A DNA stretch of 64,000 nt from Pseudophaeobacter sp. (GTDB lineage: Bacteria > Pseudomonadota > Alphaproteobacteria > Rhodobacterales > Rhodobacteraceae): positions 1,887-65,886 of the forward strand of contig NZ_JBDWPJ010000034.1 of assembly GCF_039971195.1 (NCBI RefSeq). The letters are read 5' to 3'. Under the pieces are notes generated by a model. It searched no databases. It saw only the letters and a program-made list of their open reading frames with translations, and had not been told where the DNA came from. Numbering within the stretch: position 1 is the first letter of the stretch; each line of letters starts with the position of its first letter. A program made the translations under genes and the position numbers. Shown one piece after another: positions 1 to 13,631 of this stretch.

Positions 1-3
1 CGG

Positions 4-744
4 ATGAATGCGCCGGAACGGTTAAACGCCCTCTCCGACGAGATGCTGGCCGCGCTGCAGGCCCAGATTGACAGCCTGATGGACGACCAGAGCATCAAGG
101 CGGTGATCCTCTCTGGAAATGGCAAAGCCTTTTGCGCCGGTCACGACATTCGTCAGATGACCGCCGGACGCGCCGCCGAAGATGGCGGGAAATCCTATTT
201 CGAAGGGCTATTTTCACGCTGCACTTCGGTGATGCTGGGCCTGCAACACCTGCCCCAGCCAGTGATCGCCCAGACCCATGGAATCGCCACCGCCGCCGGC
301 TGCCAGCTGGTGGCCTCCTGTGATCTTGCGATATCCAGCGAGGACTGTCGTTTTGGCGTCAATGGCGTCAATATCGGCCTTTTCTGCTCTACTCCGATGG
401 TGGCCCTGTCACGCACTATCCCGCGCAAACACGCCTTTGAACTGCTCACCACCGGTGACTTTATGTCAGCGCCACGTGCGGCAGAACTTGGCCTGATCAA
501 CCGCGCGGTGCCCGCCGACCGGTTGCAGACGGAAACCCGTGCCTTGGCGGAAAAAATCGCCGCTAAGCTCGGCGCTGCCGTCAAAGTGGGCAAAGAGGCC
601 TATTACCAGCAGCTTCAAATGCCCATTGAGGAGGCCTATGCCTATACCAGCGAGGTCATCGTAGAGAACCTTTTGCAGCGAGACACGGTCGAGGGCATGC
701 AGGCCTTTATCGAAAAAAGAAGCCCCGATTGGGAAAAATCCTGA
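4..744 (+). CDS. Enoyl-CoA hydratase/isomerase family protein (N-terminus probably begins before the window)
   Basis: Crotonase motifs: LNALS, GNGKAFCAGHD, GIATAAGCQLVASCDLA, FGVNGVNIGLFCSTP. Confidence 0.9.
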   Translation: MNAPERLNALSDEMLAALQAQIDSLMDDQSIKAVILSGNGKAFCAGHDIRQMTAGRAAEDGGKSYFEGLFSRCTSVMLGLQHLPQPVIAQTHGIATAAGCQLVASCDLAISSEDCRFGVNGVNIGLFCSTPMVALSRTIPRKHAFELLTTGDFMSAPRAAELGLINRAVPADRLQTETRALAEKIAAKLGAAVKVGKEAYYQQLQMPIEEAYAYTSEVIVENLLQRDTVEGMQAFIEKRSPDWEKS

Positions 745-829
745 ATTTTGTGAAAATTTTAGTCTTTGTTTACCATTCGGGATTTATTGTTTCTATATCG
801 GGCCTTTTAATCGGGGCAAGATAATGGCA

Positions 830-1025
830 AAGATTGGGCACGGGTTACGAACCAGCTTCTAACCCCGACACAATTTGGGCCGCTGCAGCGGAAGGTCCCT
901 CCAACCGGGAATCTCTCTCCCCGGGTGACATTCCCGCGCAGCGGCCCCAAATGCCCCCTCCTCCCCATCAATTTGCCAGAGGCGCCGTTGATTTTGGGAG
1001 TTTTCTGCGATCTGGTCGCAGATTT
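830..1025 (+). ncRNA. Candidate structured small RNA with CU-rich anti-Shine-Dalgarno motifs (boundaries approximate)
   Basis: Hairpins at 842-865, 873-952 and 1003-1021 (last followed by TTTGG); exact CCTCCTCCC at 957-965; no credible ORF in the interval. Confidence 0.4.
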
Positions 1026-1205
1026 GGAAACATTCCTTTTGCCTCCGGCTCATTGTTTCGCGCCATCCTAGACCAGGGCAAAAACGTCAGCGCGCCAGGT
1101 TTCAGAAACGTAGACCTGAACCTGCTGCCTTCTTTGTCCTCATTTGCCCCTTTCCCGCCACATTTGCCGCGCTGCATTGTTGCGTAAACCGCGCCCCTGC
1201 CCTAT

Positions 1206-2558
1206 TTGCCCCCCATGACACAAACATTGCATATCGTGGGCGGCGGCATGGCCGGGTCCGAGGCAGCCTGGCAGGCTGCGAATATGGGCGTAAAAGTGGT
1301 GATCCACGAGATGCGACCCAAAGTGGAAACCTTTGCCCATCAGACCGGCAATTTGGGCGAGATGGTCTGCTCCAACTCCTTCCGCTCTGACGATGACGAG
1401 CAAAACGCCGTTGGCCTCTTGCATTGGGAAATGCGCGCTGCCAATGGCGTCATCATGGCCACGGCCGAGGAACACCGTCTGCCCGCTGGCGGTGCCCTCG
1501 CCGTAGACCGCGAGCCCTTTGCCGAGACGGTCACGGCCAAGCTCAAGGCGCATCCAAATATCTCTGTTTCATACGAGGAGATCACCAGTCTGCCTGAGGA
1601 TGGCCACTGGATCTTTGCCACTGGTCCATTGACGTCCAGTGCTCTGGGCCAGGCCATTCAGCTTGAGACCGGCGCCGAGGCGCTGGCCTTCTTTGATGCC
1701 ATTGCGCCGATCATCTATGCCGAAAGCATCGATATGTCGAAGGCCTGGATGCAGTCGCGCTATGACAAGGGTGACACCGAGGAAGAGCGCACCGCCTACC
1801 TCAACTGCCCCATGACAGAAGCCCAATACGAGGGTTTCATCGACGCGCTATTGGCGGCAGACAAGACAGAATTCCACGAAGGCGAGACCGCCGGCTATTT
1901 TGACGGCTGCCTGCCGATCGAGGTTATGGCGGAACGTGGTCGCGAAACGCTGCGCTTTGGCCCGATGAAGCCCGTGGGCCTTACCAATCCGCATCAACCA
2001 GATGTCAAAGCCCATGCCGTGGTGCAGCTGCGCCGCGACAATGCACTTGGAACCCTGTTCAACATCGTCGGCTTCCAGACCAAGATGAAATACGGCGCCC
2101 AGACCGAGGTCCTGCGGATGATCCCAGGGTTGGAGGAGGCCAGCTTTGCCCGGCTTGGTGGTATTCACCGTAACACTTTCCTCAACTCCCCCACCCTGTT
2201 GGACGCTCAGATGCGGTTGAAATCCAAGCCGCATTTGCGTTTTGCAGGCCAGATCACCGGGGTGGAAGGCTATGTGGAAAGCGCCGCCATGGGGCTGCTT
2301 GCCGGTCGCATGGCCGCCGCCGAGATCCTCGGGCTGGAGCTGCCGACCGTACCACAGGATAGCGCCATGGGCGCCTTGATCCACCACATCACCGGCGGTG
2401 CCGAGGCCAAGACCTTTCAGCCGATGAACGTGAACTTTGGCCTATTCCAACCGGTCGAAGGCCTCAAAGGTGGCCGTCGCGGCCGCAAAGATCGCTACAA
2501 GGCCTATACCGATCGCGCCAAGGCAGCCTGGACCAAGTGGCTGGAAACCTTCGCCTGA
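1206..2558 (+). CDS. trmFO: Methylenetetrahydrofolate-tRNA-(uracil-5-)-methyltransferase TrmFO (start likely 1215)
   Basis: [15 protein letters not shown] motif, [45 protein letters not shown]. Confidence 0.95.
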   Translation: MPPMTQTLHIVGGGMAGSEAAWQAANMGVKVVIHEMRPKVETFAHQTGNLGEMVCSNSFRSDDDEQNAVGLLHWEMRAANGVIMATAEEHRLPAGGALAVDREPFAETVTAKLKAHPNISVSYEEITSLPEDGHWIFATGPLTSSALGQAIQLETGAEALAFFDAIAPIIYAESIDMSKAWMQSRYDKGDTEEERTAYLNCPMTEAQYEGFIDALLAADKTEFHEGETAGYFDGCLPIEVMAERGRETLRFGPMKPVGLTNPHQPDVKAHAVVQLRRDNALGTLFNIVGFQTKMKYGAQTEVLRMIPGLEEASFARLGGIHRNTFLNSPTLLDAQMRLKSKPHLRFAGQITGVEGYVESAAMGLLAGRMAAAEILGLELPTVPQDSAMGALIHHITGGAEAKTFQPMNVNFGLFQPVEGLKGGRRGRKDRYKAYTDRAKAAWTKWLETFA

Positions 2559-2582
2559 ACCGCTAAAGAGAGGGCAGATCCT

Positions 2583-3506
2583 GTGACTTTCATTACCCGT
2601 TTCGCCCCCTCGCCCACCGGCCCTTTGCACCTGGGCCACGCCTATTCCGCCCTGTTGGCCCATGATATGGCAATGGAGCAGGGAGGCACATTCTTGCTCC
2701 GTATTGATGATCTGGATCAGTCCAGGTCGCGCTGTTCCTGGGAAACCCAGATCTATGAGGATCTGCACTGGCTCGGACTCTCCTGGCCAACGCCAGTGCG
2801 CAAACAATCCGCCTGTCAGGCAGATTATGATGAAGCCCTGGACGTGCTCTGGCGCAAAGGCTTGCTTTATCAATGCTCTTGCTCGCGCCGTGACATCAAA
2901 GAGGCTCAATCCGCGCCACAGGAGGGTGGGCTACAATTTGGGCCGGACGGGTTGATCTACCCGGGCACCTGCCGCCCGCAGACTCGCCCCTCCGGACAAC
3001 GCCCTAAAAACGTCACGCTCCGCTTGGATGTCGCCAAAGCACTTGCAGGCCACGACCTGCGCCCTCATTTCATCCAGCGCGCCGGAGAACGCCTAGACTT
3101 CTCATCCTTCATGGAAACCGGGCCGCACGCGAACACAGCGATAGAACAATATGAATTCACCTCAGAGTTCATTCTCAACCAAATCGGAGATTTTGTGGTC
3201 GCGCGCCAGAATATGGGCGCATCCTATCATTTGGCTGTGGTGGTCGACGATCAGGAACAGGGGGTGACACATGTCATCCGCGGCGCGGATCTTTTGGAAG
3301 CAACCATCATCCAGCTTCTCATTGGCTGGCTCCTTGACGATGAACTCTACCAATACTGGTCCCAGCCAGTCTACCACCACCACCGCCTGATCCGCGACGA
3401 TCAGGGCAAACGCCTGGCCAAACGCGATGATGCCCGTGCCATTGCCAAATACCGTACCGAGGGCGCCAGCCCGGCAGACATTCGCCAGCTTGTCGGCCTG
3501 GGCTAA
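2583..3506 (+). CDS. gluQ: Glutamyl-Q tRNA(Asp) synthetase
   Basis: RFAPSPTGPLHLGH (HIGH-like), YHLAVVVDD, RLAKRD (KMSKS-like); lacks the anticodon-binding domain. Confidence 0.9.
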   Translation: MTFITRFAPSPTGPLHLGHAYSALLAHDMAMEQGGTFLLRIDDLDQSRSRCSWETQIYEDLHWLGLSWPTPVRKQSACQADYDEALDVLWRKGLLYQCSCSRRDIKEAQSAPQEGGLQFGPDGLIYPGTCRPQTRPSGQRPKNVTLRLDVAKALAGHDLRPHFIQRAGERLDFSSFMETGPHANTAIEQYEFTSEFILNQIGDFVVARQNMGASYHLAVVVDDQEQGVTHVIRGADLLEATIIQLLIGWLLDDELYQYWSQPVYHHHRLIRDDQGKRLAKRDDARAIAKYRTEGASPADIRQLVGLG

Positions 3507-3523
3507 GTTCCAGCTCCCATCAT

Positions 3524-3554
3524 CATCTTTCTAAAAATATTCCCGCCGGCGGCA
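3524..3554. repeat. Intergenic repeat, copy A (REP-like)
   Basis: catctttctaaaaatattcccgccggcggca matches 59551-59581 at 28 of 31 positions. Confidence 0.7.
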
Positions 3555-3595
3555 GCGGCGCCCCGGGCGCCGCCCCCTTTTCTGAAAGCCGAAAC

Positions 3596-3973
3596 TCACG
3601 CCATCGGCGCCATTAGTTCCTGCTCTTCCCCATCCCGAACAGCCGTGTAAAAACATGTGCGGCGGTTGGTGTGACAGGCGGCTCCAACCTGATGTACCAG
3701 CGCCAGGAGGCAATCGCGGTCACAGTCCAGGCGCAGATCAACAAGCGTCTGCACATGGCCCGAGGTCTCTCCCTTGATCCAGAAGGACTGGCGAGAGCGG
3801 GACCAATAGGTCACCTTACCTGTCTCCAGCGTCTTGGCAACACTTTCAGCATTCATCCAGGCCATCATCAGCACTTCACCGCTGGCTTCGTCCTGGGCGA
3901 TACAGGGGATTAATCCGGCGGCATCATACTTCAGGCTATGGGGATCAAAGGACATGGTAAAAACCTTTTGCAT
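3596..3973 (-). CDS. hisI: Phosphoribosyl-AMP cyclohydrolase (start likely 3955)
   Basis: EVLMMAWMN, YWSRSRQSFWIKGETSGH, DCDRD, ACHTNRRTCF. Confidence 0.95.
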   Translation of the reverse strand: MQKVFTMSFDPHSLKYDAAGLIPCIAQDEASGEVLMMAWMNAESVAKTLETGKVTYWSRSRQSFWIKGETSGHVQTLVDLRLDCDRDCLLALVHQVGAACHTNRRTCFYTAVRDGEEQELMAPMA

Positions 3974-4032
3974 CTTGAATTTGCCTGCCTATGTATAGGG
4001 GAGAAACCCCAAGGGAAAGCCCGAGACAGCCC

Positions 4033-4485
4033 ATGTCCAGCGAAACTGACCTGATCAAACTCTACTCTGCCCGCATTCTGGCGCTGGCCGCAGATATCCC
4101 CCATCTCGACAGGCTGGACAGCCCGGATGCCACCGCCAAAAAACGCGCGCCGCTCTGCGGCTCCACGGTGACCGTTGACCTCACACTTGAGAATGGCCGG
4201 ATCACCGGCTTTGGCCAGGACGTCAAGGCCTGCGCTCTGGGGCAGGCCTCTGCTTCGGTGGTGGGGCAAAACATCATTGGACGCAACCTAAAGGAAGTTG
4301 AGACTGCACGCGATCAACTCAAGGACATGCTGATTTCAGACCAACCCGCCCCAAAGGCACCCTTTTCCGGGCTGGAAGTGCTTATTCCGGCACGAGAATT
4401 CAAAAACCGCCACGCTTCGATCCTACTGTGTCTCGAAGCCTGCCTGGAAGCCTTCAAGGCGGCCTCGCAGAAGAACTGCGCTTAA
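4033..4485 (+). CDS. IscU/NifU-N-like Fe-S scaffold family protein
   Basis: PLCGSTVTVDL, VKACALGQASAS, RHASILL pattern; start taken at MSSETDLIK. Confidence 0.8.
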   Translation: MSSETDLIKLYSARILALAADIPHLDRLDSPDATAKKRAPLCGSTVTVDLTLENGRITGFGQDVKACALGQASASVVGQNIIGRNLKEVETARDQLKDMLISDQPAPKAPFSGLEVLIPAREFKNRHASILLCLEACLEAFKAASQKNCA

Positions 4486-4508
4486 CCTCACCTTTATTTT
4501 AATCAAAT

Positions 4509-6005
4509 ATGCTGCCTCCCGTAAGTGTTATACGGGTTCAAAAGATGCAGCTAAATTCATCCCAATTGGAGCCGTCTCAGGACGGTGAGACGCCGCAGGA
4601 CGACAATGACGCCATGGCTCAGGCGGTGAACCCGCAATTGAACCAGTTGACCCAGGTCTCCTCCAAGCTCGGCTACGAGATTGTCGACATCGCCGGCTTT
4701 CTGGATCTGATGGACCAAAAATCCCAGGGACAGCTCTCGTCTCTGCAGGACCTCACCCGCGAAGCGGAACGAGTCATCTCCTCCAATGATCAGGTGCTCG
4801 ACACGATTCAAACGGTTTCGGTCACCACCGAAGAAACCCTCCAATCTGTTCAAACTTCCGTGAAATTTGTCCGCGACAATAGTGGGCGCAGTAAGGAGGT
4901 TGCCGAATGGGTCAACGATCTGGAAGAGCGCACCGACCAGATTGGTGAGACCGTAGACGCGGTCCGCAAGAACAACGAGATGATCACCAGCATTGCAGCC
5001 CAGGTGAACATCCTGGCGATCAATGCCAAGATCGAAGCCAGCCGTGCAGGCGATGCAGGCCGGGGCTTTGCCGTGGTGGCCGAGGCGATTAATGACCTGT
5101 CCAAACGCACCCAGACTGCGGCCAAGGAGATTGGCGACAACATCGAGAACCTCTCCAATTGGGTCACGCTGCTGCATGACGAAACCGTTGATGTGTCCCG
5201 GTCAGCGGAGAAAATCCTCGGCCAGGCCCGTGATACCGATACCTCGCTGCTCAGCATCGAAGAGAAGGCGACGGATGTGAACACTCAGACCTCGCGCATT
5301 CTGAAAGAAGCCGCGCAGGTGAAGGAAGCGGTCAGCAGTTTTGCCCCCAACATCAATCGCATCAGCAAATCCGTGCAAGAGACCACCACCGGCATTCACG
5401 ACACCCACACCCGGGTTGAAAACCTCATTGTCTCTTCCGAACAGCTGGTTCAGGGCACCGTTGCCTTGGGCGGGCAATCCGATGACAAACGCTTCATCTC
5501 TTATGCCAAGCAGGTCAGCAAACAGGTCAGCGCAATTTTCGAAGAGGCTTTGCGCACTGGAAAAATTGCCTCCAGCGCCCTGTTTGACAAAACCTACCGG
5601 CCCATTCCCGGCACCAACCCGGAACAGTTCACCACTGGCTTTTTGCCATTGACCGACACCATGCTGCCGCCCATCCTGGAAGCGGCTTTGGAATTTGATC
5701 CGCGCGTGGCCTTTTGTGCTGCGGTTGATACCAATGGGTACCTGCCAACCCACAACAAGATGTTCTCGCATCCGCAGAGCTCTGATCCGGATTGGAACAT
5801 GGGAAATTGCCGCAACAGGCGGATTTTTAACGACCGGGTTGGCCTTAAGGCTGGGCGCAACTCCGAAGCCTTCCTGATGCAGGTCTATCGTCGCGACATG
5901 GGCGGTGGCAATTTTGTCATGATGAAAGATCTCTCGGTGCCAATCTTTGTCGAGTCCCGCCATTGGGGCGGCATCCGCATGGGGCTTAAAACGACCGGTT
6001 CCTAA
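4509..6005 (+). CDS. Soluble methyl-accepting chemotaxis protein with C-terminal extra domain (true start may be 4546 or later)
   Basis: MCP hairpin tip [37 protein letters not shown]; no transmembrane segment. Confidence 0.88.
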   Translation: MLPPVSVIRVQKMQLNSSQLEPSQDGETPQDDNDAMAQAVNPQLNQLTQVSSKLGYEIVDIAGFLDLMDQKSQGQLSSLQDLTREAERVISSNDQVLDTIQTVSVTTEETLQSVQTSVKFVRDNSGRSKEVAEWVNDLEERTDQIGETVDAVRKNNEMITSIAAQVNILAINAKIEASRAGDAGRGFAVVAEAINDLSKRTQTAAKEIGDNIENLSNWVTLLHDETVDVSRSAEKILGQARDTDTSLLSIEEKATDVNTQTSRILKEAAQVKEAVSSFAPNINRISKSVQETTTGIHDTHTRVENLIVSSEQLVQGTVALGGQSDDKRFISYAKQVSKQVSAIFEEALRTGKIASSALFDKTYRPIPGTNPEQFTTGFLPLTDTMLPPILEAALEFDPRVAFCAAVDTNGYLPTHNKMFSHPQSSDPDWNMGNCRNRRIFNDRVGLKAGRNSEAFLMQVYRRDMGGGNFVMMKDLSVPIFVESRHWGGIRMGLKTTGS

Positions 6006-6029
6006 TCCCCCTCCCCCCATGCCCTGCGG

Positions 6030-6073
6030 CCTGAAAAAAAAGCCGCCACACATCCGGGCAGATGGTGGCGGCA
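6030..6073 (-). terminator. Rho-independent terminator for a minus-strand transcript
   Basis: Minus strand gccgccaccatctgcccggatgtgtggcggc followed by a run of T. Confidence 0.75.
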
Positions 6074-6282
6074 GGAAATGCGTCTTCATGCGGGGATCAG
6101 ATGCGGCTTCCGGTTGATAGGCGCAACCGGCAGGATTTGGTACAGGCGGGACTCCTGTTCACATCAAGGATGTGGGCGCATCTGTCATAAAGACAGCAGG
6201 CAGTAATTCAGCAGTGTTTCAGGTCCTTACATGGGGATGGGCAGGTTGAGTTTCAAGAAACCCGGAATACAGGAAGCCAGGG

Positions 6283-6405
6283 TCACAAGAAGCCAGGCAG
6301 ATGCAGCGCAACAACCAGCATGACAATCAGCGCTGCAGCGCCCAGGGCATCCTGCAGCAGGGTGGATTGAGTATTGCTCAGCGTCGTCTTCAATTGCGTC
6401 ATCAT
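6283..6405 (-). CDS. Unannotated 40-aa small membrane protein MMTQLKTTLSNTQSTLLQDALGAAALIVMLVVALHLPGFL
   Basis: Hand-translated; GGAGAG RBS just upstream of ATG; one hydrophobic C-terminal helix; below the 60-aa cutoff of the ORF track. Confidence 0.72.
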   Translation of the reverse strand: MMTQLKTTLSNTQSTLLQDALGAAALIVMLVVALHLPGFL

Positions 6406-6508
6406 TGTCTTGCTCTCCGCTACTCTCTGTCAGGGTTCAGGCTTTCGCCGCGCCGCTCTTTGTCGGCCTTGTTGCTTATTTGTTCTCACTTTACGTCAGC
6501 TCTGTAAA

Positions 6509-6544
6509 GAACTTTTTGAGAACATTTGCGAACTTTATTGGAAC
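6509..6544 (-). promoter_or_regulatory. Two tandem alphaproteobacterial LexA (SOS) boxes
   Basis: GAAC-TTTTTGA-GAAC (6509-6523) and GAAC-TTTATTG-GAAC (6530-6544), both matching GTTC-N7-GTTC on the minus strand; degenerate third copy GTTG-N7-GTTC at 6471-6485. Confidence 0.82.
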
Positions 6545-6573
6545 CTGAACGAGGGTACGCGGAGAAGAACAGG

Positions 6574-10934
<4,361 letters not shown>

Positions 10935-11027
10935 TTATTCTCACTCTTGGTGATAAGATGCCACCGGCTTCAGGTCCAGAGAGGCAGAGGGAAGAAAACG
11001 CCGTTAACGGGCTCCAGGTTCAAAACA

Positions 11028-11052
11028 GCAAAAAACCCGCCGAAGCGGGTTC
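11028..11052 (-). terminator. Terminator downstream of ctrA
   Basis: Minus strand aacccgc-TTCG-gcgggtt followed by TTTT. Confidence 0.75.
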
Positions 11053-11186
11053 TTGTGAGCAGGTTCAAAACCGCCTGCATTAACCTTGATTTCACTATCC
11101 AAACATTCACCGAGAAGCAGCAAACCCAATCAGGGGTTGCCCAGGTTCTCTCCGGGCTGGGAGTGTCGTGATCAGACTCTGTCGTT

Positions 11187-11906
11187 TCAGGCGCCTACGG
11201 CCATCCGCTGACCGCCGGCCATCTGATCATCCTGCGGGTCCCGCAAAACATAGCCCCGGCCCCAGACTGTTTCGATGTAATTGTCGCCACCAGTTGCTGT
11301 GCTCAGCTTTTTGCGCAGCTTACAGATGAATACGTCAATGATCTTCAGTTCGGGCTCATCCATGCCGCCATAGAGGTGGTTCAGGAACATTTCTTTGGTC
11401 AGGGTCGTGCCCTTACGCAGGCTTAGCAGCTCCAGCATCTGGTATTCTTTGCCAGTGAGATGCACAGTCTTGCTGTCCACTTCCACGGTTTTGGCATCCA
11501 GATTAACCGCGATCTTGCCGGTCTTGATGATCGACTGCGAGTGACCTTTGGAGCGACGAATAATCGCGTGGATCCGTGCGACCAGCTCTTCACGGTGGAA
11601 AGGTTTGGTCAGGTAGTCATCGGCACCAAAGCCAAAGCCCTTGATTTTATTGTCGGTATCATCAGCGCCCGACAGGATCAGGATGGGCGTTTCGATACGT
11701 GCCATGCGCAGCTGACGCAGAACTTCGTGACCGTTCATATCCGGCAGGCCCAGATCAAGAAGGATCAGATCGTAGTCATAGAGCTTTGCAAGATCGATCC
11801 CTTCCTCACCAAGATCCGTCGAATAGACGTTCAGGTTTGCATGGGTTAGCATCAGCTCGATGCTTTTTGCTGTTGTTGGATCATCCTCGACCAGAAGAAT
11901 GCGCAT
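11187..11906 (-). CDS. ctrA: Response regulator CtrA
   Basis: [49 protein letters not shown]; synteny with sciP, mnmA and ligA. Confidence 0.97.
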   Translation of the reverse strand: MRILLVEDDPTTAKSIELMLTHANLNVYSTDLGEEGIDLAKLYDYDLILLDLGLPDMNGHEVLRQLRMARIETPILILSGADDTDNKIKGFGFGADDYLTKPFHREELVARIHAIIRRSKGHSQSIIKTGKIAVNLDAKTVEVDSKTVHLTGKEYQMLELLSLRKGTTLTKEMFLNHLYGGMDEPELKIIDVFICKLRKKLSTATGGDNYIETVWGRGYVLRDPQDDQMAGGQRMAVGA

Positions 11907-11966
11907 GTTGTAAGTCTCCGCCTGTAACTGTTTCCCTTAGGTTGCGTTAACCCTGATGGAAAAAGG

Positions 11967-11981
11967 TTAATGGCCCGTTAC
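11967..11981. promoter_or_regulatory. CtrA-box-like site in the ctrA promoter region
   Basis: TTAA-TGGCCCG-TTAC (one mismatch to TTAA-N7-TTAA); TTAACC half-site at 11947. Confidence 0.55.
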
Positions 11982-12031
11982 CATAATCGTTAAATATCAA
12001 CTTTGACTCAAGTGTTCACTGAAAAAGAGCC

Positions 12032-12310
12032 TCAGAGTTTACGGTATTCTTTTAGTCGAGTGGTCTTCAAAGCCTCTTCTCCGTGGTCTGCCACGGCTGC
12101 AATCCAGCTGCGAAATTCCTCTTCGCTCAGGCCGTACCGTCGCAGGGCTTCGGTCTGTGGGAGCAGCCCATACAGCACGCCGCGCACCACCGCAGCCTTG
12201 CGCGACGCAACCCAGCGGCGGGTTGTTTCCGGCGGCAGGTCCGCGCGCGTCATCGTCGAGCCATCTGGCAATGTCACGGCACGAGGCCCCTCAACTTTCT
12301 TCAGGAACAT
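12032..12310 (-). CDS. sciP: SciP (DUF1153) small CtrA inhibitory protein
   Basis: TRADLPP, RRWVASRKAAVV, LKTTRLKEYR; position directly upstream of ctrA. Confidence 0.92.
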   Translation of the reverse strand: MFLKKVEGPRAVTLPDGSTMTRADLPPETTRRWVASRKAAVVRGVLYGLLPQTEALRRYGLSEEEFRSWIAAVADHGEEALKTTRLKEYRKL

Positions 12311-12460
12311 GCTCTACCCTTGTTCGCTTTGGTGATTTTCATCGGTCAACAACAGCATTTGTCCAGTCTAATTAAAGAGCGATGAACCTGCCCCCTTGAG
12401 AGTCTGTAGGATTTTCATATATTCTGCGACGCTTGCCCCCTTGATCTAAGGATTTGCCTT

Positions 12461-13606
12461 ATGGCGTTGGATATCGACACCCCGCTGAATTCTCTTGGCT
12501 TTGCCAAACCGCCCTCTGAAACCCGCGTGGTGGTGGCCATGTCCGGAGGCGTCGACAGTTCTGTTGTTGCCGCTTACTTGGCGGATCAAGGCTATGACGT
12601 GATCGGCGTGACCCTGCAGCTCTATGACCATGGGGCAGCCCTTGCCAAAAAAGGCGCCTGCTGTGCCGGCATCGATATCCATGATGCCCGCCGGGTTGCC
12701 GAAGAGCGTGGCTTCCCGCATTATGTGCTTGATTATGAGAACATCTTTAAGGATGCGGTGATTGATGAATTTGCCGACAGCTATCTGGCCGGCGCCACAC
12801 CGGTGCCCTGTATACGCTGCAATGAGCGGGTGAAGTTCAAGGATCTGCTGGAAACCGCCCGCGAGCTGGAGGCCGATTGCATGGCAACCGGTCACTACAT
12901 CCAGCGTAAAATGGGTGACATGGGGGCCGAATTGCACAGCGCCGAGGATGCGAATCGCGACCAAAGCTACTTTTTGTTCTCCACCACCCCGGAACAGTTG
13001 GACTATCTGCGATTCCCTCTGGGCCATCTGCCCTCCAAGGATGCCACCCGCGAGATGGCGGCCCAATACGGTCTGGCCGTGGCTGACAAACCCGACAGTC
13101 AGGACATTTGTTTTGTCCCGGATGGAAACTATACCTCGGTAATCGAGAAATTGCGTCCAGGTGCGGCAGAGCCGGGAGAGATCGTCCATGCCGACGGGCG
13201 AGTGCTTGGCAACCACACTGGGGTGATTCACTATACCATCGGCCAGCGTCGTGGCCTTGGCATTGGCGGGCTGACAGAGCCGCTTTATGTGGTGCGGCTG
13301 GATGTGGACAAAAAACAGGTGATTGTCGGTCCCAAAGAGCTGCTGGCCACCCGCACCATTCCCGTGCGTGAAATCAACTGGCTGGGGGATGAACCTTTTG
13401 AGAGTCGCAAGGAATGGAATGTTCTGGTCAAGGTGCGCTCGACCCGGCCACCGCGCGAAGCCATCATTCGCCCGCTCAGCGCGACCACTGCCGAGGTTGA
13501 ACTGCTGACGCCCGAAGAAGGCGTGTCGCCAGGTCAGGCCTGTGTATTCTATGAGGCAGACAGCAGCCGGATCTTTGGCGGCGGCTGGATCTGGCGTGGC
13601 TACTAG
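12461..13606 (+). CDS. mnmA: tRNA-specific 2-thiouridylase MnmA
   Basis: [54 protein letters not shown]. Confidence 0.97.
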   Translation: MALDIDTPLNSLGFAKPPSETRVVVAMSGGVDSSVVAAYLADQGYDVIGVTLQLYDHGAALAKKGACCAGIDIHDARRVAEERGFPHYVLDYENIFKDAVIDEFADSYLAGATPVPCIRCNERVKFKDLLETARELEADCMATGHYIQRKMGDMGAELHSAEDANRDQSYFLFSTTPEQLDYLRFPLGHLPSKDATREMAAQYGLAVADKPDSQDICFVPDGNYTSVIEKLRPGAAEPGEIVHADGRVLGNHTGVIHYTIGQRRGLGIGGLTEPLYVVRLDVDKKQVIVGPKELLATRTIPVREINWLGDEPFESRKEWNVLVKVRSTRPPREAIIRPLSATTAEVELLTPEEGVSPGQACVFYEADSSRIFGGGWIWRGY

Positions 13607-13631
13607 GCGAGGGCCTAGATGAGAAAAAAGG

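Noticed and set aside
834-1187. ORFs 834-1187, 859-1053 and 968-1177 as genes
   Set aside because: No recognisable motifs, mutually overlapping, and the region is better explained by RNA structure
6182-6198. CTGTCATAAAG as a Pho box
   Set aside because: The second repeat is missing; the sequence is instead an inverted repeat (CTGTC-ATAAA-GACAG)
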